Below the pieces are notes generated by a model. The model did no database searches. It saw only the letters and a program-made list of their open reading frames with translations, and was not told the origin of the DNA. Source: Opitutales bacterium (lineage in GTDB: Bacteria; Verrucomicrobiota; Verrucomicrobiia; Opitutales; UBA9783). Taken from it: a DNA stretch of 32,000 nt. This document shows, one piece after another, positions 1 through 9,738 of the stretch. The translations under genes and the position numbers were made by a program. Where the stretch lies: contig JBKSMP010000018.1 in assembly GCA_046881885.1 (NCBI GenBank), forward strand, positions 1 through 32,000. Direction: 5' to 3'. Position 1 is the stretch's first letter, and the number at the start of each line of letters is the position of its first letter.

Positions 1-842
1 TGTCTAATTTTTTGTTTTAAATTTAACCCCAAGAGTAATTCCACGCCTTTTTTTAGTTCTTCTATGGATTCACCTTTTAAATATTTTAAAGCTAATTTAA
101 GTTTTTCCTTTAACATTTGTTCTTCTGAAAAAGGTGTAAAAAAGACTCTTATAGTACCAAAACTTAAGTTTTCAATATCAAACTTAGCAAATTTTAAATA
201 GTCATCAAAAGAGGTAAAGTGGTTAATACTATTATAATAATAGATTCCACAGTCATTCAAATCATATTTTTTTTCAATTTCATCTTTAAGTGATGCAAAT
301 ACTTTATCAAAAACAATAGGTTTGCCAAACTTGCTTAATGCATTATAAAATGCCTCAAAATCACTTAAATTATAACAATGTTTATAAACCATAAAACGTT
401 CAATAGAAAATTCATCCGTTTCTTCTGTAGGTATATCGCATGGATTATAAACGTTTAGCTGTTTAAAAACAATAGGCTTTTTACCTAGTTTTTTAGCTTT
501 ATCGGTATATAATGGTCTAAGTTTTTCAAGAACTCCATCAATTTGGTATATAACACCTTCTATAATATACTGATCCATACCTTTTTGAATCACAAAACCA
601 TTTCTTTCGTAAAAAGCATCCCGATCAGGAATCACTTGTACTTTTAATTCTTCGTTTGCTATTGTAGGTTTCTCTTTTACTTCATTGTTAGTTGTTGCCG
701 TTTCTTGATGTACCGGTTGAGCTTCGTTCGATCCAAATACATCTTCTTTTGTCTCAAACACATCTTCTTCTCCTCCAACGTCTCCTAGTACGGTATTTAC
801 TGCTATTAGGCAACTTAATACTAGAATTATCTTGTTGTTCAT
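1..842 (-). CDS. hypothetical secreted protein, N-terminal 280 codons (3' end beyond window edge); paralog of the 5421..7040 product
   Basis: Absent from the supplied ORF track because it has no stop in the window. I checked every minus-strand codon from ATG (842..840) down to position 3 and found no stop. The N-terminus MNNKIILVLSCLIAVNTVLG/DVGGEED looks like a Sec signal peptide. It shares two KPIVF-containing blocks with the 539-aa protein. Confidence 0.6.
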   Translation of the reverse strand, partial: MNNKIILVLSCLIAVNTVLGDVGGEEDVFETKEDVFGSNEAQPVHQETATTNNEVKEKPTIANEELKVQVIPDRDAFYERNGFVIQKGMDQYIIEGVIYQIDGVLEKLRPLYTDKAKKLGKKPIVFKQLNVYNPCDIPTEETDEFSIERFMVYKHCYNLSDFEAFYNALSKFGKPIVFDKVFASLKDEIEKKYDLNDCGIYYYNSINHFTSFDDYLKFAKFDIENLSFGTIRVFFTPFSEEQMLKEKLKLALKYLKGESIEELKKGVELLLGLNLKQKIR

Positions 843-964
843 AAACTTTATCTTCCTTTATATCTTATACTATCGGCATTTTTGCTAAAATCTTAAGGGG
901 ATTTTTGCAATATCTTACGTGAAGCTTAAAAAGGATAATTTATAAATACCGTTTTTACAGTCGT

Positions 965-2410
965 TTATATTTTATCTATATCCTCACTATTATTCGCTAA
1001 ACTATCGACTTGCTTCTTGGCTGTTTTGAGAGGGTTAAGCGTTGCGTTACCGCCGATACAGCCACCTTCACAGCACATAACTTCAATTAAATTACAGCCG
1101 CCTTCACATTGGCCAGTTTTGGCGCATGTTTTCAACTGCCTTATAGTTTCCTTATTGAGGCCGTTAATGACACAGGGTTTAATGACACTTTCGTCCGTTA
1201 AGGATGCTTTTACGGATTCAGCTACGCCTCCTGTAAGACAAAAATTTCGCGCATGCTTAGAGGATTTTACGGGATAATGCGTTTCTTCACATTTGGAAAC
1301 TTCGATGTCTTTAGCGGTTAATAAGGCATCTAATTCTTCGCAATTCATGACGTAATTGATGTTGGGATTATCCAATCCTTCTGCGCGTTTAGCAAGGCAT
1401 GGACTTACGAAAACCGTTACTGCATCTGGCATTTCCTTTTTAATGATTTCAGAAATGTAATAGGCAGGTGTACCGGTTGTGGATACATAAGGTTTGATTT
1501 CTGGCAAATGTTTTTTTACTAACTGATTGTAGCCTGCACAACAGGAAGTTGTCATGAAGGTTTGCTCCAATTTGCCTTCTTTCAATTTTTCTGTAAACTC
1601 TTCTGCTTCTTTGTGTGCTGTTATATCTGCGCCTTGTGCGACTTCATAAACATCCGTAAAACCGGCTTCTTTAAGGGCAGTTTTAAGTTGGTAAATATTG
1701 CCTTGAAATTGGCCTGCAATCGCTGGAGCTAGCATTGCTATGACGTTTTTACCATCTTTAATGGCTTTCAATATATCAATGATTTGGCTTTTTTCGTGAA
1801 TCGCACCAAAAGGGCAACTCGCAATACATTTGCCGCAACTTATACAGCTTTCATGATTTACATGCGCTAAACCTGCTTCATCTTTTCCCATGGCCCCAAC
1901 CGGACAAGCATCTTCACAAGGAACTGCGAGTTTTACAATGGCATGATAAGGGCAAGCTTTTATGCACATTTGACATTTCTTGCATTTGGAATCGTCGATA
2001 ACCGAACGGCCATTTACGATAGCAATAGCGCCAAATTTACACGAAGAAATGCAAGGGTGTGCCGTACATCCTTTGCATAAATTGCTTACGTAAATGGTGT
2101 TGGAGCGGCAAGCTTGACAGGCAGGTTTTATGACCGTTAAATGCTTACTGTTGATTTCCGTTCTTTGGAGAGCTTGTTGGGCGTATTTTGCGAGAGAAAT
2201 GGCTTCATCGGTTTCTTCAATGGAAAAGCCTAAACCTGCTAAGATTCTTGCTCTAATCTTTGTATGCTCCTTAGAAAGATCGTCTTTTTCTGGATACAAT
2301 TCTTGAGGTATTGCGTTTACCTGTTCTTCAAAATTGTCCGATAAAAAAGCCTTTATAACTTTAACGAGTATTTCTTTTTTTACGGGAATCGAGCGACTTA
2401 AGTTGTTCAT
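965..2410 (-). CDS. hydA: [FeFe]-hydrogenase, monomeric, multi-ferredoxin-domain type (non-group-A-like H-cluster motifs)
   Basis: H-cluster motifs TSCCA, SPCLAKRAE and EVMCCEGGCIGG. Upstream 4Fe-4S motifs CKKCQMCIKACP and CISCGKCIASCP plus further Cys clusters. Start placed at ATG 2410 (MNNLSRS...), preceded by AGGAAAAAA. The track's 2455 start is a TTG 15 codons upstream. Confidence 0.9.
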   Translation of the reverse strand: MNNLSRSIPVKKEILVKVIKAFLSDNFEEQVNAIPQELYPEKDDLSKEHTKIRARILAGLGFSIEETDEAISLAKYAQQALQRTEINSKHLTVIKPACQACRSNTIYVSNLCKGCTAHPCISSCKFGAIAIVNGRSVIDDSKCKKCQMCIKACPYHAIVKLAVPCEDACPVGAMGKDEAGLAHVNHESCISCGKCIASCPFGAIHEKSQIIDILKAIKDGKNVIAMLAPAIAGQFQGNIYQLKTALKEAGFTDVYEVAQGADITAHKEAEEFTEKLKEGKLEQTFMTTSCCAGYNQLVKKHLPEIKPYVSTTGTPAYYISEIIKKEMPDAVTVFVSPCLAKRAEGLDNPNINYVMNCEELDALLTAKDIEVSKCEETHYPVKSSKHARNFCLTGGVAESVKASLTDESVIKPCVINGLNKETIRQLKTCAKTGQCEGGCNLIEVMCCEGGCIGGNATLNPLKTAKKQVDSLANNSEDIDKI

Positions 2411-2543
2411 TTTTTTCCTAGTTTTTATGACTTTTAATAGAGTATCCAAACCCAATTGGATAAGGTTTAATCAAAGAGAAGCTATGACTGCAAGTTTAAT
2501 TCTAATCATTTTTGAGATTTATGCCAAAACTTGTTTTGTTTAT

Positions 2544-2578
2544 CTAGAGGCTTGTAGGGTTTAGGCTACAAGCTCTAG
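2544..2578. other. strong imperfect inverted repeat (14-bp stem, 1-nt bulge, 8-nt loop) between adhE stop and hydA start
   Basis: ctagaGGcttgtag-ggtttagg-ctacaagCtctag. There is no U-tract after the stem on either strand, so it is not a canonical intrinsic terminator. Confidence 0.35.
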
Positions 2579-2585
2579 ACAGGAT

Positions 2586-5222
2586 TTAGATAATTCCGTG
2601 ATAAGCATTGAGGAAGATTTCTTTAATTTCGCTCATCAATGGATATCTTGGATTGGCCCCTGTACATTGATCATCAAAAGCTCTTTCGACGAGTAGGTCC
2701 AAATTCGCCATAAATTCCTTTTCTTTAACACCAAACTCTTTGATTGATTTAGGCAAATGCAATTCTGTCATGAGCTTATCAACCGCTTTAATCAGGATTT
2801 TGACCTTTTCATCATCATTTTTTCCACCTAAGCCCAATTCGTCCACAATTTGGCCATAGCGTTCTTTTGCGCATGGGAATTCGTATTGTGGGAAGATCGC
2901 TTGCTTATTGGGTTTATCGGTCGCATTAAACTTGATGATCTGACGAATTAACAATGCATTGGCGACACCATGAGGGATATTATACATGGCTCCTAATTTA
3001 TGAGCCATCGAATGGCATACCCCTAAAAAAGCATTTGCAAAGGACATTCCGGCAATAGTCGCTGCATAATGCATTTTTTCGCGTGCAATTGGATCATTCG
3101 CACCTTCATTATAAGAACGTACGAGGTACTTGAAGATCAATTTCGTTGCTTCTAAGGCATTGGAATTCGTAAAGTTAGTTGCCATGCAAGAAACATAGGC
3201 TTCCAGTGAGTGTACCAATGCGTCAATACCTGATGCAGCCGTTAATCCTTTTGGCATCGCATCAACAAAGTTAGGATCCACAATGGCCATATTCGGGGTT
3301 AAGGCATAATCGGCAATCGCGTATTTATAATGTGTTTTCTCATCGGTAATAATGGCAAATGGAGTGACTTCTGAACCTGTTCCTGAGGTTGTTGGAATAC
3401 ACACCATGGTCGCTTTTGTGCCTAATTGCGGAATTTCACAAATACGTTTTCGGATATCCATGAAACGCATAGAAATGTCTTCAAATTTGGTATCCGGTTG
3501 TTCGTATAGCAACCAAATGATTTTACCTGCATCCATAGGTGATCCACCACCGAGTGCAATGATGACATCCGGTTCATAAGATGTTACCATTGCCATTGCT
3601 TCCTGAATCGTTGCAAGCGTAGGATCAGGTTTAACATCGAAGAAGATTTGATGATCTACGCCGATTTCATCCAATACATTGGTAACGGTATTGATGACAC
3701 CAGAATTAAACAAGAAACGGTCGGTTACAATAAATGCACGTTTTTTACCTTTCAATTCTTTAAGGGCTAAATCCGTACAACCTCTCTTAAAATAAACCTT
3801 CGGTGGAACTTTGAACCACAACATATTTTCTCTCCTTTCAGCTATCGTTTTATAATTTAATAAGTCTTTTACGCCAATATTGCCCGAAACGGCGTTACCT
3901 CCCCAAGAGCCGCAGCCTAAGGATAAAGAAGGTTCTAACTTGAAATTGAATAAGTCGCCGATACCGCCTTGTGACGAAGGTGTATTGACCAATACGCGAC
4001 AAGAAGGCATTCTTTCGGCATAATAATTAATTCTTTCGCTTGTTCTGGCATCCGTATAAAGCGCAGATGAGTGTCCCGCTCCTCCTTTGAAGACTAATTC
4101 GTAAGCCATATCTGTGGCCTCTTTAAAGTTTTTGGCTTTGTAGAGCGTTAAAATAGGTGACAGTTTTTCTCGCGAAAACGGATCTTTCCAATCGAGTTTT
4201 GGACGTTCACAAAGCAAAATCTTTGAATTTGCAGGAATCGAAAAACCGGATAATTCTGCAATTTTAGCGGCGCATTGTCCAACGATAAGTGGATGAGCTG
4301 TTCCACGCTTAGGATCGATAAAAGGAAGATCTATCATTTTCTTTTCATCGTTTTTACTTACTAAATAAGCACCTCGATATAAAAACTCCTTTTTGACTTC
4401 TTCGTAAATTTCTTCACAAACAATTACGGATTGTTCTGAGGCGCAAATCATGCCGTTATCAAAAGTTTTTGACAATAAGATCGATGATACAGCCATCTTA
4501 ATATCGGCCGTTTCGTCAATGACTGCAGCTACGTTACCAGGACCTACACCTAAAGCAGGCTTGCCAGACGAATAGGCCGCTTTAACCATGCCTGGTCCAC
4601 CCGTTGCTAAGATACAACTAATGTGTTCGTGATGTAATAGTGCGTCCGATAATTCCATCGTAGGTGCATCAATCCATCCAATAATATCTTTTGGTGCCCC
4701 TGCTTCAACGGCAGCATTTAAAACGATTTTTGCCGCTTCAATCGTGCAATTTGTAGCTCTAGGATGTGGTGAAAATACAATGGCATTTCTTGTTTTTAAG
4801 GCCAATAAAGCTTTGAAAATTACCGTAGAAGTCGGATTTGTTGTCGGAATAATACCCGCAAGCACTCCTAAGGGTTCTGCAACGATTTTTGTGCCATTTC
4901 CTTTATCTTCGCTTATGATGCCGCACGTTTTAGCATTCTTATGCTTATTATAAATGTATTCGCATGAAAAACGATTTTTAATCACTTTATCTTCTAGTAT
5001 TCCCATGCCTGTCTCTTCAACAGCCATTCTTGCCAAAGGAATACATGCTTTATTTGCGGCAGTAGCAGCAGCTTTGAAAATTCTATCTACCTGTTCTTGC
5101 GTAAATCCTTGGTATTCTGTCTGTGCTTTTTTTACCCTTTCAAGCATTGCATTGAGCCTACTAGTGGTATCCACAATCGTTTTTTTCTTTTCAGATCTTT
5201 TTTCTAATACTTCTTTTGACAT
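2586..5222 (-). CDS. adhE: bifunctional acetaldehyde-CoA/alcohol dehydrogenase AdhE
   Basis: The N-terminal ALDH domain ([12 protein letters not shown] catalytic Cys region) is fused to an Fe-ADH domain ([19 protein letters not shown]). It is collinear with E. coli AdhE as I remember it ([39 protein letters not shown]). Start chosen at ATG 5222 (MSKEVLEK...). An alternative TTG at 5294 with a GAAAGG just upstream cannot be excluded. Confidence 0.92.
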   Translation of the reverse strand: MSKEVLEKRSEKKKTIVDTTSRLNAMLERVKKAQTEYQGFTQEQVDRIFKAAATAANKACIPLARMAVEETGMGILEDKVIKNRFSCEYIYNKHKNAKTCGIISEDKGNGTKIVAEPLGVLAGIIPTTNPTSTVIFKALLALKTRNAIVFSPHPRATNCTIEAAKIVLNAAVEAGAPKDIIGWIDAPTMELSDALLHHEHISCILATGGPGMVKAAYSSGKPALGVGPGNVAAVIDETADIKMAVSSILLSKTFDNGMICASEQSVIVCEEIYEEVKKEFLYRGAYLVSKNDEKKMIDLPFIDPKRGTAHPLIVGQCAAKIAELSGFSIPANSKILLCERPKLDWKDPFSREKLSPILTLYKAKNFKEATDMAYELVFKGGAGHSSALYTDARTSERINYYAERMPSCRVLVNTPSSQGGIGDLFNFKLEPSLSLGCGSWGGNAVSGNIGVKDLLNYKTIAERRENMLWFKVPPKVYFKRGCTDLALKELKGKKRAFIVTDRFLFNSGVINTVTNVLDEIGVDHQIFFDVKPDPTLATIQEAMAMVTSYEPDVIIALGGGSPMDAGKIIWLLYEQPDTKFEDISMRFMDIRKRICEIPQLGTKATMVCIPTTSGTGSEVTPFAIITDEKTHYKYAIADYALTPNMAIVDPNFVDAMPKGLTAASGIDALVHSLEAYVSCMATNFTNSNALEATKLIFKYLVRSYNEGANDPIAREKMHYAATIAGMSFANAFLGVCHSMAHKLGAMYNIPHGVANALLIRQIIKFNATDKPNKQAIFPQYEFPCAKERYGQIVDELGLGGKNDDEKVKILIKAVDKLMTELHLPKSIKEFGVKEKEFMANLDLLVERAFDDQCTGANPRYPLMSEIKEIFLNAYHGII

Positions 5223-5420
5223 ATTAGTAATTCTAATATAGAAAAAACGCCCTGTCAATCTTGTAAAAACATCTGCTAAAGTGTTGTTTTTCAAAATACC
5301 TTTCTCAAAAATTTATTTTTAATGTAAGGAAATGATTTTTTAACTTGACGAAAAGACTAAATATCGAAAACCTAAACGGCAATTCGTTTTAAGTAACAAA
5401 ATTTTAATTAGTAGTAGGAC

Positions 5421-7040
5421 ATGAAAAAAAATAATTATTATGTAGGATTGTTAGCGGGAGTGTTGACAGCTGGGGTACTGCAAGGAAGTGATGGTAAAGA
5501 AAACATGCTTGGATTAGGTGATAATCCAACATCTATAGTTCAAGGACAAGCTAGTAGTGAAATTACAGAAGAGCTGAAGGTAGCAGCCAGCGAATTAGCG
5601 GCTTCTTATGATGAGCGTGCAGAAGGTAGTCAAAACAAAGCAATACGTAGATTATTTAGAGCTAGAGCAAATCATTTAAGGGTAACATTTGGTATTGCAA
5701 ATGCAAAAGAATCTATTGAACCAGACGAAAATGATAGTCTCTATATTGAAAAAACACGATATAACTATGCTAAAAAATTGGCAAATTATTACAAACTGAA
5801 AGGAAATGAAGAATTTGCACGTGACCTAAAAAATGATTTTGCATATTTAGATTATTATACAGCATTCCTTGCTTCTCAGAAATTTGAAAACAATGATGAT
5901 TTTAGAAATTATCTGGTTTCAAAAACTCGTTTTGGATATGAGGCACATATCAATAACGTACCTATAAGAAATGAAGCCGATGCCAAACTGTACCCAAAAC
6001 TTAAAACCCAACTGATTTTCAGTTTAGATGACTACATAATGCCAGGTATGTATCAGTACATTGTCATTTATCCAGTAACGAGACTAGAAATAAATGATTG
6101 GATTGATCAATTAAGAGAGATAAATAAAGGCGATCTTACAAATCCAATCGTATTTCAAGCTCAAAAATTTGAGACACGTACTATGACTCCAGTAACAGAA
6201 AACAAAGATTTTGAAATTAAATCTTATTGGTGTAATATTAATACGGGTGATAATATGTTAAGTGCGAGTACGTATTATAATAAGTTAAAAAGCTATAATA
6301 AACCCATTGTATTTGGAAAAACTGAAAGAGATCTTAAGTTTAGTACAGGTATAAAAGCTAGCTACTTTAAACAAGAAGTTTCTTATCAAGAGTATTTAGA
6401 GCTTGTCAACCAATATGGGGATAACTTTTTTGTAGGATTTGTGCATTTAAAACCAAATTCTATGCAAGAGTTACAACAGCAATTAGGAGCTTTGATAAAA
6501 AGCAAAAATGTTAACCAAATTCGTATAGATCATGAAATATATGTCGATGTTGCTAATATTCCATTAGAGTATCTGGGTTGTATTAAAATTCGAAATATGT
6601 CTTTTGCAAATTATCAAAATCCTAATGGTGAATTATTCTTAATACGTACTATGTTAGGCAACATAAACAACGTAAACTGTAAAACTATTTATTGTTTTGA
6701 TTTTCCATATCCTGAGCAAAACACGTCCGTAAATAGAGTTTATGAAAGAATGGAAGGAAATGCTTTGGAATTGAATAGTCAGCGTATTATATATGTCGAT
6801 AAACTTCCTGAAGATATTAATGAGCGTCTTCGCGAAATGGAAAAAGCTTATCTACAATATATAAAGCACCATGAGCTTGAGTATTTGTCAGGTTACGTAA
6901 ATATTGCTGATAAGCCTGCAGAACTTTCAGACGAAGAGTGGAACAAAGTAATTATCCTTAAAGGAAAAGCTGAAGAAATAAAAACTCTTATGCGTTGCGA
7001 ATCTCCAAAACTTATTATACGCCTTCCAGGAAGCTTATAA
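5421..7040 (+). CDS. hypothetical secreted protein (539 aa), paralog of the 1..842 product
   Basis: Long ORF with a signal-peptide-like N-terminus (MKKNNYYVGLLAGVLTAGVLQG). It is followed by a clean terminator and is visibly more AT-rich than neighbouring core genes. I recognise no domain. Confidence 0.75.
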   Translation: MKKNNYYVGLLAGVLTAGVLQGSDGKENMLGLGDNPTSIVQGQASSEITEELKVAASELAASYDERAEGSQNKAIRRLFRARANHLRVTFGIANAKESIEPDENDSLYIEKTRYNYAKKLANYYKLKGNEEFARDLKNDFAYLDYYTAFLASQKFENNDDFRNYLVSKTRFGYEAHINNVPIRNEADAKLYPKLKTQLIFSLDDYIMPGMYQYIVIYPVTRLEINDWIDQLREINKGDLTNPIVFQAQKFETRTMTPVTENKDFEIKSYWCNINTGDNMLSASTYYNKLKSYNKPIVFGKTERDLKFSTGIKASYFKQEVSYQEYLELVNQYGDNFFVGFVHLKPNSMQELQQQLGALIKSKNVNQIRIDHEIYVDVANIPLEYLGCIKIRNMSFANYQNPNGELFLIRTMLGNINNVNCKTIYCFDFPYPEQNTSVNRVYERMEGNALELNSQRIIYVDKLPEDINERLREMEKAYLQYIKHHELEYLSGYVNIADKPAELSDEEWNKVIILKGKAEEIKTLMRCESPKLIIRLPGSL

Positions 7041-7065
7041 GAGATCTGATATGCTAAACATAAAT

Positions 7066-7096
7066 AAGCCTTCCATATGGAAGGCTTTTGTTTTTT
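7066..7096. terminator. bidirectional rho-independent terminator shared by convergent genes (5421..7040 and ugd)
   Basis: aagccttccatatggaaggctt is a perfect 9-bp stem with a 4-nt loop. It is followed by ttgtttttt on the plus strand and by atttatgttt on the minus strand. Confidence 0.7.
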
Positions 7097-7116
7097 ACCT
7101 TGAAAACTTTTGAAGA

Positions 7117-8472
7117 TTACGCTTTGCCGATGCCATAAGCCTCAAAGCCGAGCGAACGAATTTGTTGCAAGTTCAACAAATTGCGGCCATCGAATAAAAA
7201 GGCAGGCTTGGGCATATTTTCATACAAACGCTTATAATCTAGATTCTTAAAAATTTCCCAATCTGTTAAAATAACGATTGCATGTGCGCCAGTAGCGGCT
7301 TCATAAGGGTCATCACAATATTCAACCAGCGAATTTGGGAATTCGGCCAAATCTCTTGCAATTGTATCTTGGGTCACTTTGGGGTCACAAATTGCCAATT
7401 GAGCTTGTTCGCGCAATAAATTTTGACATACGGTAATAGCAGGAGTTTCTCGAGTATCATTGGTATCTTTTTTAAATGCGAATCCAAAAATAGCTAACTT
7501 TTTACCTGAAAGTGTATTAAATAATTTTTCGGTAATTAAGCGAGCAAAACGATGCTTTTGGTATTCATTCATTTCGACGACTTGATTCCAATAATGAGCT
7601 ACTTCAGGCAAGCCAAAATACTCGCATAAGTATACCAAATTCAATAAATCTTTTTTGAAGCAAGAACCCCCGAAGCCAACAGAACTTTTAAGGAATTTGG
7701 GACCAATACGGGAATCGGCTCCAATGGCCATTGCAATTTCATCGACATCTGCACCTGAACGTTCGCAAAGTGCCGAAAGTGCATTGATCGAAGAAATTCG
7801 TTGTGCTAAAAAGGCATTTGCTGTTAATTTAGATAATTCGCTAGACCAAATGTGTTGTTGGATAATTTTATTTTTAGGAACCCAATGTTCGTACAATTTA
7901 CTTAGAGTTTCTACCGCTTTTTGTCCAGCTTCTGTATTGTCTCCACCAATAAGAATGCGATCTGGATGTTTTAAGTCTTGAATCGCAGTTCCTTCGGCCA
8001 TAAATTCCGGGTTAGAAACTACTTCAAAATGACATCCATGTGTATTGGATTGTAAAATACGACGAATTTTTTCAGCAGTTTTTACTGGAATGGTTGATTT
8101 TTCTACAATGATTTTGTCTGTTTTTGCAATTTTCGCAATACGACGAATAGCACTTTCAATAAATTTTAAGTCCGAAGCTTTGCCTGCCCCTTCTCCATAG
8201 GTTTTTGTAGGTGTATTGACAGCCAAAAAGATAATGTCTGATTCTATAATAGCCTTATCAATATCTGTTGAAAAAAATAAGTTACGACCACGAATAGCTT
8301 GTACAATTGCATGCAAGCCAGGCTCATATACGGGTAATTGGTCCGAATTCCAAGCTTTGATACGATCCTCATTAACGTCCACAACTGTTACTTGTATTTC
8401 TGGACATTGTTCCGCAATAACCACCATTGTTGGACCTCCAACATAACCTGCGCCAATACTGCAAATTTTCAT
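7117..8472 (-). CDS. ugd: UDP-glucose 6-dehydrogenase, long (eukaryote-type) form
   Basis: [12 protein letters not shown]-binding motif, catalytic [24 protein letters not shown] and [22 protein letters not shown]. At 451 aa it is longer than the about 390-aa enterobacterial Ugd. Confidence 0.93.
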   Translation of the reverse strand: MKICSIGAGYVGGPTMVVIAEQCPEIQVTVVDVNEDRIKAWNSDQLPVYEPGLHAIVQAIRGRNLFFSTDIDKAIIESDIIFLAVNTPTKTYGEGAGKASDLKFIESAIRRIAKIAKTDKIIVEKSTIPVKTAEKIRRILQSNTHGCHFEVVSNPEFMAEGTAIQDLKHPDRILIGGDNTEAGQKAVETLSKLYEHWVPKNKIIQQHIWSSELSKLTANAFLAQRISSINALSALCERSGADVDEIAMAIGADSRIGPKFLKSSVGFGGSCFKKDLLNLVYLCEYFGLPEVAHYWNQVVEMNEYQKHRFARLITEKLFNTLSGKKLAIFGFAFKKDTNDTRETPAITVCQNLLREQAQLAICDPKVTQDTIARDLAEFPNSLVEYCDDPYEAATGAHAIVILTDWEIFKNLDYKRLYENMPKPAFLFDGRNLLNLQQIRSLGFEAYGIGKA

Positions 8473-8602
8473 AAAATGAAATTACAAAAGTTTATTCTTA
8501 AAATGGCAATGCTTAAAATCACCAAGTTTTGAAAATAAAAGCAATATAGAAGCTTTTTAAGATTTATTTTCCTTGTTGTAATAACTCAGTCCCGAAAAAC
8601 GC

Positions 8603-8636
8603 AAAAAGCTTGATATAATTTAATATCAAGCTTTTT
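8603..8636 (-). terminator. rho-independent terminator downstream of the 8661..9449 gene
   Basis: aaaaagcttgatat-aattta-atatcaagcttttt forms a 14-bp stem. On the minus strand it is followed by TTTTTGCGTTTTTCGGG. Confidence 0.65.
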
Positions 8637-8660
8637 GTTTATTATATTGTAATATATATT

Positions 8661-9449
8661 TTATTGTTCCATTATTAACTCAGAAGCTTGTGGTACCGGT
8701 GGAATGTTCCTAAGCACTTCTTCCTGTTGACGTCCTTGTGATGCATCTTCAATATCTTGATATTGAGACATATCCAATTGTCCGGGTTGATTGTTAGGTT
8801 GTTCCATTATTAATTCAGGAGGTTGTGGTGCTGGTGGAATGTTCCTAATCGCTTCTTCTTGCTCAAAGTTTTTTAAAGAAATTAAAACCCCTGGAACATT
8901 TTTAATAGGATAAGTATCTATATCGCAAAGCTTAAAATAAACTTCACACGTGTAAGCTTTTCTGTTACTTTTTTTGGTATAACGTACAAAATTACTTTTT
9001 GCACGCCAAGGATAAATTTTTTGTTTATCATCTGTATGACATAACATAAATCCTTGAGTATTTTGTATATCAGTTACATAAACATTTACTCCAACTTTTA
9101 TACCAGATTTGGTTCTTGATTCAATTTTATCTATAATAAGAGGAAATCTGCTTCCTTCTTCATCTGTTACATAGTATCCAGTATACTTATTCTGTCTAAA
9201 GAAAAGATGTCTTATTTGTTTCCAATTTTTCCAACTAAATTCCAGTGGGTTGTATTCACGTTTTCTTTTTTGTGCTCTCTCTCGTTTATCCGACGAAGAC
9301 ATTTCTTGTTGAAACCATGTGTCTTTTAGATTAAAAGCATCATTTCCAAACTCATCATCTCCAACTCCATACAAATTAGTTGCCAGTAAACCAGCACTTA
9401 ACAATATACAAGATTTATTTAGTTTTATTAAATTTCTATCTACATTCAT
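8661..9449 (-). CDS. hypothetical secreted protein with duplicated proline-rich C-terminal motif
   Basis: The ORF has a signal-peptide-like N-terminus (KSCILLSAGLLATNLYG). The C-terminus carries two copies of the motif (A/V)(I/L)RNIPPxPQxxELIMEQ, and the second copy ends the protein. Confidence 0.7.
   Translation of the reverse strand: MNVDRNLIKLNKSCILLSAGLLATNLYGVGDDEFGNDAFNLKDTWFQQEMSSSDKRERAQKRKREYNPLEFSWKNWKQIRHLFFRQNKYTGYYVTDEEGSRFPLIIDKIESRTKSGIKVGVNVYVTDIQNTQGFMLCHTDDKQKIYPWRAKSNFVRYTKKSNRKAYTCEVYFKLCDIDTYPIKNVPGVLISLKNFEQEEAIRNIPPAPQPPELIMEQPNNQPGQLDMSQYQDIEDASQGRQQEEVLRNIPPVPQASELIMEQ
8664..8861. repeat. two 63-bp direct repeats (8664..8726 and 8799..8861), 135-bp period, 55/63 identical
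   Basis: ttgttccattattaaCtcagAagCttgtggtAcCggtggaatgttcctaaGcActtcttcCtg versus ttgttccattattaaTtcagGagGttgtggtGcTggtggaatgttcctaaTcGcttcttcTtg. The repeats lie in-frame inside the CDS. Confidence 0.85.
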
Positions 9450-9502
9450 ACTTTCAATTAGAAAGCAAGAAACAAGCCAAAATAAAAACTTTTACAAAAA
9501 AC

Positions 9503-9578
<76 letters not shown>

Positions 9579-9738
9579 ATAACAAATAATAATTAAAGTG
9601 AAAATCAATTTTTAAATTACGTCAATCCCGTTTTTCTATTTTTTTATATAAAATTTATGGAACATCTATCAAATGGTTATAATAACAGAAAAAATTTCCT
9701 AAAGAGGAATATATGTTCATACAATTATTGTATATTTT

